A DNA stretch of 64,000 nt from the NCBI GenBank assembly GCA_963729835.1, contig CAVSQF010000039.1, positions 514,801-578,800 of the forward strand, written 5' to 3'. The notes under the pieces were generated by a model. That model did no database searches and was not told the DNA's origin. It saw nothing but the letters and a program-made list of their open reading frames with translations. Source of the DNA: an uncultured delta proteobacterium (GTDB taxonomy: Bacteria > Desulfobacterota > Binatia > HRBIN30). A program made the translations under genes and the position numbers. This document shows, in pieces, positions 1-9,030 of the stretch (positions are counted from its first letter, which is position 1; every line of letters begins with the position of its first letter).

Positions 1-1293
1 ACCAGCCGCCATCTCCGCAGCCCGCGCCCCCAGCAGAAACAGCTCTTGCACGCCGAGGGCCGCGGCGCGCTCACCGACTGTATGGTGCGCGCGCCGGGCC
101 TCGTCGCCCAGCTCCCACATCTCCCCCAACACCACCACCGGCCGCCCGGAAAAGCGCCGCAACGCCATCAAGGCCGCCTCTACGCTGGACGGGTTTGCGT
201 TGTATGCATCGTCGATCAGCGTCACGCCGTTGCGCAGCCGGATGATCTGCATGCGGCTGGCAACCGCCATCGTCCGTCCCAACCCGCGGGCAATCACGTC
301 GATATCGATGCCCATCGCGTGGCCGATCGCCGCCGCCGCCAGGGCATTGCTCACGTTGTGCAACCCAACCAGGGGCAGCCGCGTCTTCACCACTCTGTCG
401 TTGACAACCAAGTCGAAGGCGACACCGTCACTGCCGAAATCCGCGACGCGGCGGGCTTGCACCTCACCGCCTTGCCCGAAGAACACCTTGCGGCCGGCAA
501 AGGGCATCGCCAGCCGCCCAATCCATTCATCATCGGCGTTGACGGCGATCACGGCTGACGGCGACAGGCCGGCAAACAGCTCCCCTTTGGCAGCGGCGAC
601 ACCAGCGATGCTTCCTAGGCGCTCGATGTGCACCGGACCAACATTGGTTATCACCGCGTAATCGGGGCGGGCAATCTCCGTCAGCCGCGCGATTTCCCCC
701 GGTCGGTTCATCCCCATCTCCAGCACCGCAACGGCCTCGTCCCCACGCGCCCGCAGCAGGGTCAAGGGTAACCCGATCAGGTTGTTGAAGTTCCCTTCCG
801 TCCGCAGCACGCGCGTGCACGCTCCTGCAGGTTCCGCGGCCTCGCAGACGGCGGCGATCATCTCCTTGGTGGTCGTCTTCCCGACGCTGCCGGTGACTGC
901 CACAACCTTCATCGGCTGTTGCGCCCGTGTCCAGGCGGCCAAGTCACCGAGGGCATGCAGCGTGTCTGACACGAGCACCAGGTGTTGTGGCGAGACGCCA
1001 GCAGGAACGTACTCGACGATGGCCCCCGAGGCGCCGCGCTGTAACGCCTCACCGACGAAGCTGTGACCGTCGTGACGCTCTCCACGCAGCGCGACGAAGA
1101 GCGCCCCGGGGGCAATCTCCTTGGAGCTCGTGCTGATCGACTCGAAGATCAACGTCGGCGCAACCGCGCCACCGGCAGTGCCACTGGTGGCAGTGCCACT
1201 GGGGACGGTACCGCTGGTGGCGATGAGGACGTCTTGCAAGCTCCAAGTCATTGGGCCGATAGACACGCGTTCAATTGCCGCTGCTAACCTCAT
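1..1293 (-). CDS. murF: UDP-N-acetylmuramoyl-tripeptide--D-alanyl-D-alanine ligase MurF (C-terminus beyond window edge)
   Basis: Manual reverse-strand translation from ATG at 1293 gives Mur ligase motifs: ...ALFVALRGERHDGHSF..., ...VTGSVGKTTTKEM..., ...LIDDAYNANPSS..., ...LGEMWELGDEA.... The GERxDGH and DDxYNANP motifs favour MurF over MurE. The gene runs off the left edge, so it is absent from the M-to-stop ORF track. Confidence 0.7.
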   Translation of the reverse strand, partial: MRLAAAIERVSIGPMTWSLQDVLIATSGTVPSGTATSGTAGGAVAPTLIFESISTSSKEIAPGALFVALRGERHDGHSFVGEALQRGASGAIVEYVPAGVSPQHLVLVSDTLHALGDLAAWTRAQQPMKVVAVTGSVGKTTTKEMIAAVCEAAEPAGACTRVLRTEGNFNNLIGLPLTLLRARGDEAVAVLEMGMNRPGEIARLTEIARPDYAVITNVGPVHIERLGSIAGVAAAKGELFAGLSPSAVIAVNADDEWIGRLAMPFAGRKVFFGQGGEVQARRVADFGSDGVAFDLVVNDRVVKTRLPLVGLHNVSNALAAAAIGHAMGIDIDVIARGLGRTMAVASRMQIIRLRNGVTLIDDAYNANPSSVEAALMALRRFSGRPVVVLGEMWELGDEARRAHHTVGERAAALGVQELFLLGARAAEMAAG

Positions 1294-1297
1294 AGCG

Positions 1298-3223
1298 TCA
1301 ACTCGCCGCTGAGCCAAATCGCAGTTCGAGCTTCCGATTCGTTACGGTCTGAGTGCCGGGCGGGGGATCTTGCGCGACGACGAAGCCCGAGCCCGTCACC
1401 TGCACTTCCCACCCGGCTCGCGCCGCTTGCACCAACGCTTCGCGCATGCTCAGGCCGATGAAGCTTGGCATGCCGCGATCGGCATCTTTCGGGGACCAGT
1501 TGAGGCGGCCGATGGCGGCATCGACGCACCGCGCCGGTGCGGCGGCAACGCGCAGCCCGAGGCGGTCAAGCCCGAATTCCGCAACCGCGCGGAACACGGG
1601 TGCTGCCACAGTACCGCCGTAAGTGGCGGTTCTGGGGCTGTCGATCAGCACCAGAATCACCAGCCGCGGCGCATCCGCCGGCACGTAGCCAATGAACGAC
1701 GACATGCGATCCCGCGCCGAATAATGACCGGTCTTACCATCAACCTTCTGAGCCGTGCCAGTTTTGCCGGCCACCGGCACGCCGTCGATGCGTGCGTTGG
1801 TTCCCGTGCCGCCTTCCACTACCCCTCGCAGCAAGTCCGTGACTATACCGGCCGTCTCTGTCGAAACCGGCTGCGCCATTACCTCGGGTGTGTTCTCGCG
1901 CAGCACCGAACCGTCAGCGGCGACAACTCGGCGCACGATGTACGGCCGCATGAGTTTCCCACCGTTCGCAATGGCAGCGTACGCTCGCACCATCTGCAAA
2001 GGTGTGACCGCAATCCCCTGCCCGAAGCTGGTCGTGACCAAATTGATACGCGCCCATTTCTCGGGGGGCGAGACCAATCCGGGGACTTCACCGGGCAAAT
2101 CAATGCGGGTCGGCTTGCCGAAGCCAAACGCCTTGAGGGCCGCCCCAAAGCGGGTGGCGCCGAGCCGTTCTCCTATTTTCGCCGCACCGATGTTGCTCGA
2201 ATGCTTGATGACCTCGGCAAAGCTCAACCAGCCGTAGCGCTCATGGTCATGAACGACGCGCCGCCCAACCGCATAATGACCATTCTCGCAATACACACGA
2301 TCGTCTGGCCGAACCACACGGGCCTCGAGAGCCGCAGCAGCCAGTACGACCTTCATAGTCGAACCCGGCTCGTACGTGTCGGCGATCACTCGATTGCGCC
2401 ATTGTTCGGGTGTGGAGGCGCCCACCTGGTTGGGATCGAACTGCGGGACGTTGGCAAGGGCTAAGATCTCACCCGTGGCGGGATCCATCACGATCGCCGC
2501 CCCCGCGGCAGCACGGCGCTGCACCACCGCAGCGGCGAGCTCGGACTCCGTGACCTGCTGTAAGCTCGCATCGATCGTGAGCTCAACCGTCGCCCCTTGG
2601 CGCGGCAATGGTTGCCAGGCCCCCTCGGTCAACATCCAGTGGCCGCGCGCATCACGATCCACGTTCAGTGACTCGCCGGCACCAGGGAGATACTTGTCGT
2701 ACGCCAGCTCGACGCCCTCCAGGCCTTGCGAATCAACGCCGGAAAACCCCATGACCTGGCCGGCGAGCGCGTTGCGTGGATAGAAGCGACGCCGCGCCGG
2801 CTCACTGCCCACGCCGTGAAACCCGAATGCCGCTATGGCATCCGCCTGCTCCGGTGTCGCTGTGCGCAGCAGCCACACGAACGGCGACTTATCGCGCGCC
2901 CTGTCGGCCACCGTTCCGGGCGGCAGATCTAGAGTCTGCGCTAAGGCGGGAACCACGTTCAGGTCTGGCGGTAGATCGCGCGGCCGGACGTACACTGCCG
3001 CCGATTCGACGGTGAGGGCCAGGGCATCCCCATAACGATCGACAATCGGACCACGCTCCGGCGGCAGGGCAACGCGTTGTCGCTGCTGTCGGGCTGCAAG
3101 TTCTTCGAAGAATGCGCCTTCGATCACGCAGAGGTGGAACGCACGGACAAGCGCCACGACGAGCAGCATGAAGAAAACCCCCGCCGTGGCCGCCATCCGC
3201 AGGCGTAACACCGCCGGCCTCAT
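1298..3223 (-). CDS. ftsI: Penicillin-binding protein / peptidoglycan D,D-transpeptidase FtsI (PBP3-like)
   Basis: 641 aa ORF with an N-terminal TM segment and the transpeptidase SxxK (STMK), SSN and KTGT motifs. Sits in dcw-cluster context between ftsL and murF. Confidence 0.9.
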   Translation of the reverse strand: MRPAVLRLRMAATAGVFFMLLVVALVRAFHLCVIEGAFFEELAARQQRQRVALPPERGPIVDRYGDALALTVESAAVYVRPRDLPPDLNVVPALAQTLDLPPGTVADRARDKSPFVWLLRTATPEQADAIAAFGFHGVGSEPARRRFYPRNALAGQVMGFSGVDSQGLEGVELAYDKYLPGAGESLNVDRDARGHWMLTEGAWQPLPRQGATVELTIDASLQQVTESELAAAVVQRRAAAGAAIVMDPATGEILALANVPQFDPNQVGASTPEQWRNRVIADTYEPGSTMKVVLAAAALEARVVRPDDRVYCENGHYAVGRRVVHDHERYGWLSFAEVIKHSSNIGAAKIGERLGATRFGAALKAFGFGKPTRIDLPGEVPGLVSPPEKWARINLVTTSFGQGIAVTPLQMVRAYAAIANGGKLMRPYIVRRVVAADGSVLRENTPEVMAQPVSTETAGIVTDLLRGVVEGGTGTNARIDGVPVAGKTGTAQKVDGKTGHYSARDRMSSFIGYVPADAPRLVILVLIDSPRTATYGGTVAAPVFRAVAEFGLDRLGLRVAAAPARCVDAAIGRLNWSPKDADRGMPSFIGLSMREALVQAARAGWEVQVTGSGFVVAQDPPPGTQTVTNRKLELRFGSAAS

Positions 3224-3597
3224 GGAAGCACCGCCTCTTGGTCTTTCCGCGGACGCATCATTCCGAGCCGTCCACGCGCGATTGTTTCCAGGCGATCAGG
3301 GGCGCTGAGCGTCGCCGCTTCCACTCTCAGCGCATGCCGCTCCTGCTCGACTTTTTCGACCACTTGTCGAGTCGATGACAAGCCATAGCCGAAGTCGCGA
3401 ACCTTTAGCCGCAGCCAGACGTGTCCGAGCGCAATGAGAACGCCGACGCAGACGAAGACGACGAGCCAGACGATCAAATGCCGCAGCTCAAGGCTGCGGT
3501 CGGCCGCGACGTTCGCCGGGCAGAGCCATGCGGGTGAGCCGCGCAAGTCGTTGCGTTGTCCCGGCGCGGCGCTGCGACTTAGCGAAACTGGCACCAT
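3220..3597 (-). CDS. ftsL: Cell division protein FtsL-like (small bitopic membrane protein)
   Basis: 125 aa with a single TM helix (LIVWLVVFVCVGVLIALG) followed by a coiled-coil-like region. Positioned between mraZ and ftsI and overlapping ftsI by 4 nt. Confidence 0.55.
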   Translation of the reverse strand: MVPVSLSRSAAPGQRNDLRGSPAWLCPANVAADRSLELRHLIVWLVVFVCVGVLIALGHVWLRLKVRDFGYGLSSTRQVVEKVEQERHALRVEAATLSAPDRLETIARGRLGMMRPRKDQEAVLP

Positions 3598-3599
3598 CT

Positions 3600-4052
3600 C
3601 TACAGCCCCAATTCGGAAAAACTCTCCACAAACCCTTGCTCCGCCTCACCGAGGAACTGGTTCCATTGGTCGCGATCCCAAATGTGAAACTTTGCCAATG
3701 CTGATGCAAATACTATGTCTTTCTTTATCCCAGCATAATCTCTTAGGAGCTGTGGTAGGAGTATTCTTCCTTGCTTGTCTATAATGCAGTCATGGGCTCT
3801 GGAAATATAGAAAGCAAGAAACCGCATGACCTTCAAATCGAATTGCGGTCGGGCGCTCATCGACTCTTCGAGCCGCGCCCACACAGCTTGCGGATACACA
3901 TGGAGACAGCGCGCCGTGCCCATCGTGAAGTTCGTGATCACGACGCGATCATCATTGCTGGCTTGCAGAACCTCGCGGAACCGCAGCGGCACACTGACGC
4001 GCCCTTTGTCGTCTATGGTATGCTCAAAGGTGCCGCGAAAGATGTATTCCAT
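3600..4052 (-). CDS. mraZ: Transcriptional regulator MraZ
   Basis: 150 aa with the duplicated MraZ fold signature (FRGTFEHTIDDKGRVSVP ... IDKQGRILLP). It is the first gene of the dcw cluster. Confidence 0.9.
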   Translation of the reverse strand: MEYIFRGTFEHTIDDKGRVSVPLRFREVLQASNDDRVVITNFTMGTARCLHVYPQAVWARLEESMSARPQFDLKVMRFLAFYISRAHDCIIDKQGRILLPQLLRDYAGIKKDIVFASALAKFHIWDRDQWNQFLGEAEQGFVESFSELGL

Positions 4053-4180
4053 TTAGCGCCCTGCTGTACCCACTCTATCCCACCCTATCCCACCAGACGC
4101 CTTATATATCGCAGGGCGCGAAAGGCTGCAAGAAAAAAAATGTGAAGAATTCCTCGCCTACATAGCGAACATGTAGTGAA

Positions 4181-4545
4181 AGTGGCTGCGCGGATCTATA
4201 AGCCGGATTCTGTCATCTCCCACAACAGGGAGACCCATGGTCATTCCTCTCGATCGGCTGTTGCCAGCCGACTCCAGCGACACACCCGAGGGGCGCGGGC
4301 CACGCAACCCTCTGTCGGTCTTGCTCCGGGTGGGGTTTGCCGAGCACATCCGTCACCGGATCTGCTGGTGAACACGTCACCGTTTCACCGACTCCTCCGG
4401 CCACGCCGGAGGCCGTCTGCTTTCTGTGGTACTTTCCTCCGATCACTCGGAGCCGCCGTTAGCGGCCACCCCTGCCCTGTGGAGTCCGGACTTTCCTCCC
4501 GCACATCAATGCGAGCGACCATGCGATCCCGCCCAGCCACGGCTG
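4181..4545 (-). ncRNA. rnpB: RNase P RNA, bacterial type A
   Basis: Minus-strand sense carries the universally conserved GGAAAGUCCGG (plus 4487-4497 ccggactttcc) and ACAGAAUCCGGCUUAU (plus 4199-4215). P1 can be drawn between 5' GGCUGGGCGGGAUC and 3' GAUCCGCGCAGCC. Length of about 365 nt is typical. No protein-like ORF is present and GC3 coding bias is absent. Confidence 0.85.
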
Positions 4546-4549
4546 TATT

Positions 4550-5296
4550 CTACCGTGAGGGCTCTGCGGGTTCTAGAGGCTCGGGGCACCAAAACAGAAT
4601 GCGGTGGCAATTCGGGCAGAGCCGGACATCGCGTGTCCGTTGCAGCTCGTTGAAAAACTGCGGTGGCACATGCATGTAACATCCCTGGCACGTGCCGTTG
4701 CGCACTTCGACGACCGCGCTCCCACCGCGGCGTTCGAATATCTGCTCATACTTCTGCCGCAGGTCGATATCGAGCAACGCGGCGATCTCATCCCGGTGGT
4801 GGCGTTCCTGGCTCACCTCGGCGGTCAGTTGCTCGATGCGCATCCGATATTCACCGTCTTTCTGAAGCAACGCGGCCTCCAGTTCGGCAAGGCGGTCTTC
4901 CGCTTCGCCCGCAGCCGCTGCAACCGTCTCCAGCGACTCCAGGGTATACAGGACTGCTTCTTCCAGCTGCTCGTTCGCTTCTTTGCCCACTTCGATCTCA
5001 CGCCGAAGAGCCTGCAACTCCTTTTCGTTACGCACGCGGTTCAGGCGCATGCGGCGATCGGTCATTTTGGCGCCTTCGGATTCCAGCTGGGCTTCCAGCT
5101 CTCGGCGGCGCGTGTCGAGGGTGTCGCGTTCGGCTTGCGCCGCTCGCGTCGCCTCACGCTGTGCGAGCAACCGACTTTCGAGCGCCGCGATTTCGGCTTC
5201 CAGTGTCTGCCGCAGCTCCGTCTTCTCGTGCAACTGGCGATCGAGGGCTTGCAGCTGGGCCAAGCGGGCAATTGGGGATTCGGCTGAGCTATCCAA
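4550..5296 (-). CDS. Zinc-ribbon/coiled-coil protein (COG1579/DUF164-like)
   Basis: 248 aa. A long coiled-coil is followed by a C-terminal C4 zinc ribbon (CQGCYMHVPPQ...CPNCHRIL). Confidence 0.7.
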   Translation of the reverse strand: MDSSAESPIARLAQLQALDRQLHEKTELRQTLEAEIAALESRLLAQREATRAAQAERDTLDTRRRELEAQLESEGAKMTDRRMRLNRVRNEKELQALRREIEVGKEANEQLEEAVLYTLESLETVAAAAGEAEDRLAELEAALLQKDGEYRMRIEQLTAEVSQERHHRDEIAALLDIDLRQKYEQIFERRGGSAVVEVRNGTCQGCYMHVPPQFFNELQRTRDVRLCPNCHRILFWCPEPLEPAEPSR

Positions 5297-5324
5297 GGGC
5301 GTTCTTCTCTCGCGAGGGGGACAA

Positions 5325-5399
5325 TGGGCCCACCAGGATTCGAACCTGGGACCTACCGGTTATGAGCCGGCGGCTCTGACCAGCCTGAGCTATGGGCCC
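5325..5399 (-). tRNA. tRNA-Met (anticodon CAU; elongator type, or possibly Ile2/k2C)
   Basis: RC gives GGGCCCAUAGCUCAGGCUGGUCAGAGCCGCCGGCUCAUAACCGGUAGGUCCCAGGUUCGAAUCCUGGUGGGCCCA. It has a 7-bp acceptor stem, D, anticodon (CU-CAU-AA) and T arms (GUUCGAAUC), a G1-C72 pair and discriminator A. No encoded CCA. Confidence 0.85.
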
Positions 5400-5591
5400 A
5401 CGCGCAGCGCGCATGCGTGACCACTCCGCTACACGGCGCTCTGCCATATTCCGGATACCCGGTATGGCATGGGCGCGGTGTGGAAGCGCTAACGGTATCG
5501 GCATGTTCACCCTCCCCGTTCCTGCTGATTGCAGCATCGCGCAACGAAATCAAGCACCCCGGTCGATCCGGCCTCTCGCAGTGTGCCCACG

Positions 5592-6023
5592 TCACGACCC
5601 AGGATTGACCTCTCGACGGCGGAGCAGCGCATTCCCCCGCGCCAGTTGCTTGCGAAACACCGCTTCATCGCCACTGGTCTCCGCGCGTCGCAAATCGGCG
5701 AGGTTCTGTTTCCTCTGCGAGCGCAGAGCACGGTCTTCGATGCGTTTGATGCAGTCCAAAGCGATCTGGCAACGGTCTGCCGCTGCCACCGCGCCCTCGC
5801 CGAGTAACCCAGCTGCAACCCGTTCTACCATCGTATCCGGCAGCTGATCTACTGCGGATGCACTGCTGCCTTCTCTTTCCCACGCAGCCACAATGGCACG
5901 GCCGGCGTCGGCCAATGTCGCGTTCCGAAAAACGTCCAGCACGCCACGCTCCGCAGCCAGGAGCGCGGCTCCGCGGTCCAACGCCATGGCTTCCAGCAAA
6001 GTCATCTCTTCGGGACGAAACAC
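5592..6023 (-). CDS. Hypothetical helical protein; possibly the detached C-terminal (DnaB-interaction) region of DnaG
   Basis: 143 aa Ala/Arg-rich helical ORF. It overlaps the dnaG 3' end by 22 nt in another frame. dnaG is only 448 aa here, shorter than the typical ~600 aa. Confidence 0.35.
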   Translation of the reverse strand: MFRPEEMTLLEAMALDRGAALLAAERGVLDVFRNATLADAGRAIVAAWEREGSSASAVDQLPDTMVERVAAGLLGEGAVAAADRCQIALDCIKRIEDRALRSQRKQNLADLRRAETSGDEAVFRKQLARGNALLRRREVNPGS

Positions 6024-7348
6024 GGGGCAGTCTGTTCTGCCGCGCTGGGCATCGTTCCGGACGACGGTGCACGCTTGGCAAGCAGGCTGCGGAACACGGC
6101 TTCATCGACACCCAAGCGCTGCGCGGCTTTGCTCGCCAGCAAACTGGATTGCAGCGGGTCGGTGATGCGCGCGACGATTTCGGCAATTGCTTCTGCGGCG
6201 TGAGCACGTTGTGGCAGTGTGGCTTGTGAGCCGGGATCGAGGCGGTCGAGAAAGAAATCCGCGAGCGGAATGGCATTCTGCAAAAGCGTCCGTGTCGCCT
6301 CTGGACCGTGCGCGCGCACGTACGAGTCCGGATCAAAGCCGTCCGGGAGAAATGCTCCGAGCCCCCACACGCCCACTTCGGCACACAACGCGAAGGCGCG
6401 CATTGCCGCATTTTGTCCAGCGCGATCGCCGTCGAAGAACGCCACCACTTGCGGAGCAAACCGCCGCGCCAGGCGCAACTGGGCGGCGCTCAGCGCCGTG
6501 CCCAGGCTGGCAACGGCATATCCGATGCCCGCCTCTACAAGCGCGAGCGCATCGAGGTAGCCTTCAACCACCACCACCTGTTCAGCTTGACGGATCGGTT
6601 CCCGCGCTTCAAAAAGTCCGTACAACACCTGCCCTTTGTGGAAGATCGTCGACTCCGGCGAGTTGAGGTACTTGGGCTGGTCGTTACCGATTGTGCGCCC
6701 CCCGAAGCCGACGATACGACCGCTGCCGTTGCGGATCGGGAAGGTCACCCGTCCCCACAGGCGATCATAGGTACTGCCATCGCCTCGCCGCCCGATTAAG
6801 CCCAACGCAACTGCCTTCTCGATCCCACTCGGTTTTCCAGCCACAGCGCGCGCCAGGCCTGCACCGGCCTTTGGGCAAAACCCCAGGCCATAGCGTTCGA
6901 TCGTCAGCGCACTGAGCCCCCGTTTCTCCAGGTACTGACGGGCGGGCAGACCACTCTGGGATTGCAGGGCGCTGCGAAAACACCCTTGCGCCTTCTCGTT
7001 CAGTGCCAGCAATTCCTCCCGTTGCTCACCGCCAGCAGTCGCTTCCCTTTGCGCAGGCAGGACCACACCCGCACGGCGCGCCAGCAGCTCCACCGCCTCC
7101 GGGAATGCAACCCGCTCGGCGCGCATCACGAAAGTGAACACGGTGCCGCCCGCACCACAGCCGAAGCAATGGAAAAGTCCACGCTCGTCGTTCACCGTAA
7201 AGGACGGGGTTTTCTCGGAATGGAACGGACAGAGCCCGAGGTAATTCCTGCCGGCCTTCTTGAGGGCCACATAGCCGGAAACCACCTCGACGATACTCAC
7301 TCGCTCACGAATTGCCTGGAGGGCCTCGTCAGGGATTCTGCCGCCCAT
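6002..7348 (-). CDS. dnaG: DNA primase DnaG (zinc-binding, TOPRIM domains)
   Basis: N-terminal zinc ribbon CPFHSEKTPSF...CFGCGAGG and a TOPRIM region (VVVVEGYLDALAL... FFDGDRAGQNAA). Sits in the conserved rpsU-dnaG neighbourhood. Confidence 0.85.
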   Translation of the reverse strand: MGGRIPDEALQAIRERVSIVEVVSGYVALKKAGRNYLGLCPFHSEKTPSFTVNDERGLFHCFGCGAGGTVFTFVMRAERVAFPEAVELLARRAGVVLPAQREATAGGEQREELLALNEKAQGCFRSALQSQSGLPARQYLEKRGLSALTIERYGLGFCPKAGAGLARAVAGKPSGIEKAVALGLIGRRGDGSTYDRLWGRVTFPIRNGSGRIVGFGGRTIGNDQPKYLNSPESTIFHKGQVLYGLFEAREPIRQAEQVVVVEGYLDALALVEAGIGYAVASLGTALSAAQLRLARRFAPQVVAFFDGDRAGQNAAMRAFALCAEVGVWGLGAFLPDGFDPDSYVRAHGPEATRTLLQNAIPLADFFLDRLDPGSQATLPQRAHAAEAIAEIVARITDPLQSSLLASKAAQRLGVDEAVFRSLLAKRAPSSGTMPSAAEQTAPCFVPKR

Positions 7349-7356
7349 GCTCGATC

Positions 7357-7854
7357 CTACGCCTTCCGTTTCAGAGCCGGCTGGGGCGCGCCCTGCGAGC
7401 CTAGGCGAACGATATCGCCAGCCGCGTTTACCAGAGGACGGCCCACGGCTGAGCTCATGATCTTTGCGTCGAATTTCGGCAACATCGGGAACAGATGAAA
7501 AAACAGCAGCACAAACGCCAAGACGGCGGCGCCCTTCAGCACACCCAGGGCCGCGCCTGCCAGCCGACTCATCACACGCACCGGCAGGAGACGATCGAAG
7601 ACCACGCCGCTGAGATTCACTACGGTGTGGACGATCACAAAAATGCCGACAAAGATCATCCCCGTTTCGAACGCGGGCGGGAGGTGGAGATACTCATGAT
7701 AAGTGACAGTTACTAACGGCGTGAGGAGCGCTGCAGCAACGACACCCGCAGCCAGGGCGAGGAGGCCGAAGCCCTCCCGGAAGATCCCTCGCCAGTACCC
7801 ACGTAGAGCACAGAGCAGCAACAGAAGGGCAAGGGCCAGGTCAACGCTGTTCAT
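7357..7854 (-). CDS. cvpA: CvpA family membrane protein
   Basis: 165 aa with 4 TM helices. N-terminus is typical of CvpA (DLALALLLLLCALRGYWRG). Confidence 0.65.
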   Translation of the reverse strand: MNSVDLALALLLLLCALRGYWRGIFREGFGLLALAAGVVAAALLTPLVTVTYHEYLHLPPAFETGMIFVGIFVIVHTVVNLSGVVFDRLLPVRVMSRLAGAALGVLKGAAVLAFVLLFFHLFPMLPKFDAKIMSSAVGRPLVNAAGDIVRLGSQGAPQPALKRKA

Positions 7855-7892
7855 CCACGTACGACCCGGCCCGCTTATTGCCGATCACGGAG

Positions 7893-8090
7893 CTAAAACC
7901 CACTGCGCGCCACCCGGCGCAAGAACCGCTTCTTCGCGGCCAGTGCCTTCTTCTTGCGTCTGACACTTGGCTTTTCATAATGCTCGCGTTTGCGCAATTC
8001 CGCCAGAATGCCCGCTTTCTCGCACTGCTTCTTAAAACGCCTGATGGCACTCTCGATCGGTTCGTTTTCCTTCACTCGAACCCCTGCCAT
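7893..8090 (-). CDS. rpsU: 30S ribosomal protein S21
   Basis: 65 aa basic protein [29 protein letters not shown]...KKRFLR. Confidence 0.9.
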   Translation of the reverse strand: MAGVRVKENEPIESAIRRFKKQCEKAGILAELRKREHYEKPSVRRKKKALAAKKRFLRRVARSGF

Positions 8091-8177
8091 GCATCACTCA
8101 CCCCCCTCCCACTCTGGGATGAACGCGTGCCGAACCACGGTACTGTAGGTAACCTGATACTGAGGCGTCCAACCGAG

Positions 8178-8984
8178 CTAGCTTAGTGTTTTTGCGAGGT
8201 GTGTCAAGCGATCGACTTGACGGAAACGGTCCGGGTAATCGCTCATAATGCCATCCACTCCTGCAGCCACCAGCGCGCGCATGGTCCCCACGTCGTTCAC
8301 GGTCCACACGAGCACCTTCATTCCTCTGGCGTGGGCAACTGCCAACACGTCCGCTGACAACAACGACCAATGCGGATGAAGAGATGCGGCTCGCAGCCTT
8401 CCGGCCCAGTTCCAGGCCTCGGAAAAGTCACCGGTCTGCCAAAGTAAGCCCACCTGCGCCGCTGGCAGGCGCTCGCGAACCGCGAGCAGCGCTTCGGGAG
8501 CAAAACAGGATATGATCGTCGAACCAAGAAGGCCGTGCGCGCGCAACAACACGTCCAGCCTCGCCACCAGGGTAGCCCAATCCTCGGGCGGCGCTTTCAA
8601 TTCCACGTTCAGGGCTGCGCGCGCACCGACAAGTTCAACCACTTCCTCCAAGCTCAAGAGCCGCTCGCCGCTGAATTCCGGCGCAAACCACGCCCCCGCA
8701 TCGAGCGCCTTCAGCTCGGCCAGGTTGTTCTCACGCACGGCGCCGCGCCCAGTCGTGGTACGCTCCAGCTCTTCATCGTGGATCACCACCAGTTCGCCAT
8801 CTCGGCTCAACTGCACGTCCAATTCGATCATGTCGACACCCAGGTCCACCGCAAGCTGAAAGGCACGCCGCGTGTGCTCGGGTGCAAGACCTGACGCGCC
8901 CCGGTGACCGATCCGCAACCAAGGCCGACCCATACCGTTGCAGATACGGAAGGTGGACCCTGCCGTCAAGCAGAGCACCAGCAA
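8178..8984 (-). CDS. ugpQ: Glycerophosphodiester phosphodiesterase (GP-PDE family)
   Basis: IGHRGASGLAPEHT...MIELDVQLSRDGELVVIHD...WTVND motifs of the GDPD catalytic domain. Confidence 0.8.
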   Translation of the reverse strand: MLVLCLTAGSTFRICNGMGRPWLRIGHRGASGLAPEHTRRAFQLAVDLGVDMIELDVQLSRDGELVVIHDEELERTTTGRGAVRENNLAELKALDAGAWFAPEFSGERLLSLEEVVELVGARAALNVELKAPPEDWATLVARLDVLLRAHGLLGSTIISCFAPEALLAVRERLPAAQVGLLWQTGDFSEAWNWAGRLRAASLHPHWSLLSADVLAVAHARGMKVLVWTVNDVGTMRALVAAGVDGIMSDYPDRFRQVDRLTHLAKTLS

Positions 8985-9030
8985 CGCCGCGGAATTGCTG
9001 CCTGGGCTGGCTTATGCGATAGGTCACACC

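Noticed and set aside
46-1287. Several plus-strand ORFs (46..558, 200..661, 782..1066, 1063..1287) in the first 1.3 kb
   Set aside because: They are Arg/Pro/Ala-rich antisense reading frames typical of high-GC DNA. The minus strand here encodes MurF with clear motifs, so these are not called.
4675-4691. TGGCACGTGCCGTTGC sigma-54-like box
   Set aside because: Lies inside the zinc-ribbon coding sequence on the non-coding strand. Spacing is off by one and there is no downstream gene to serve.
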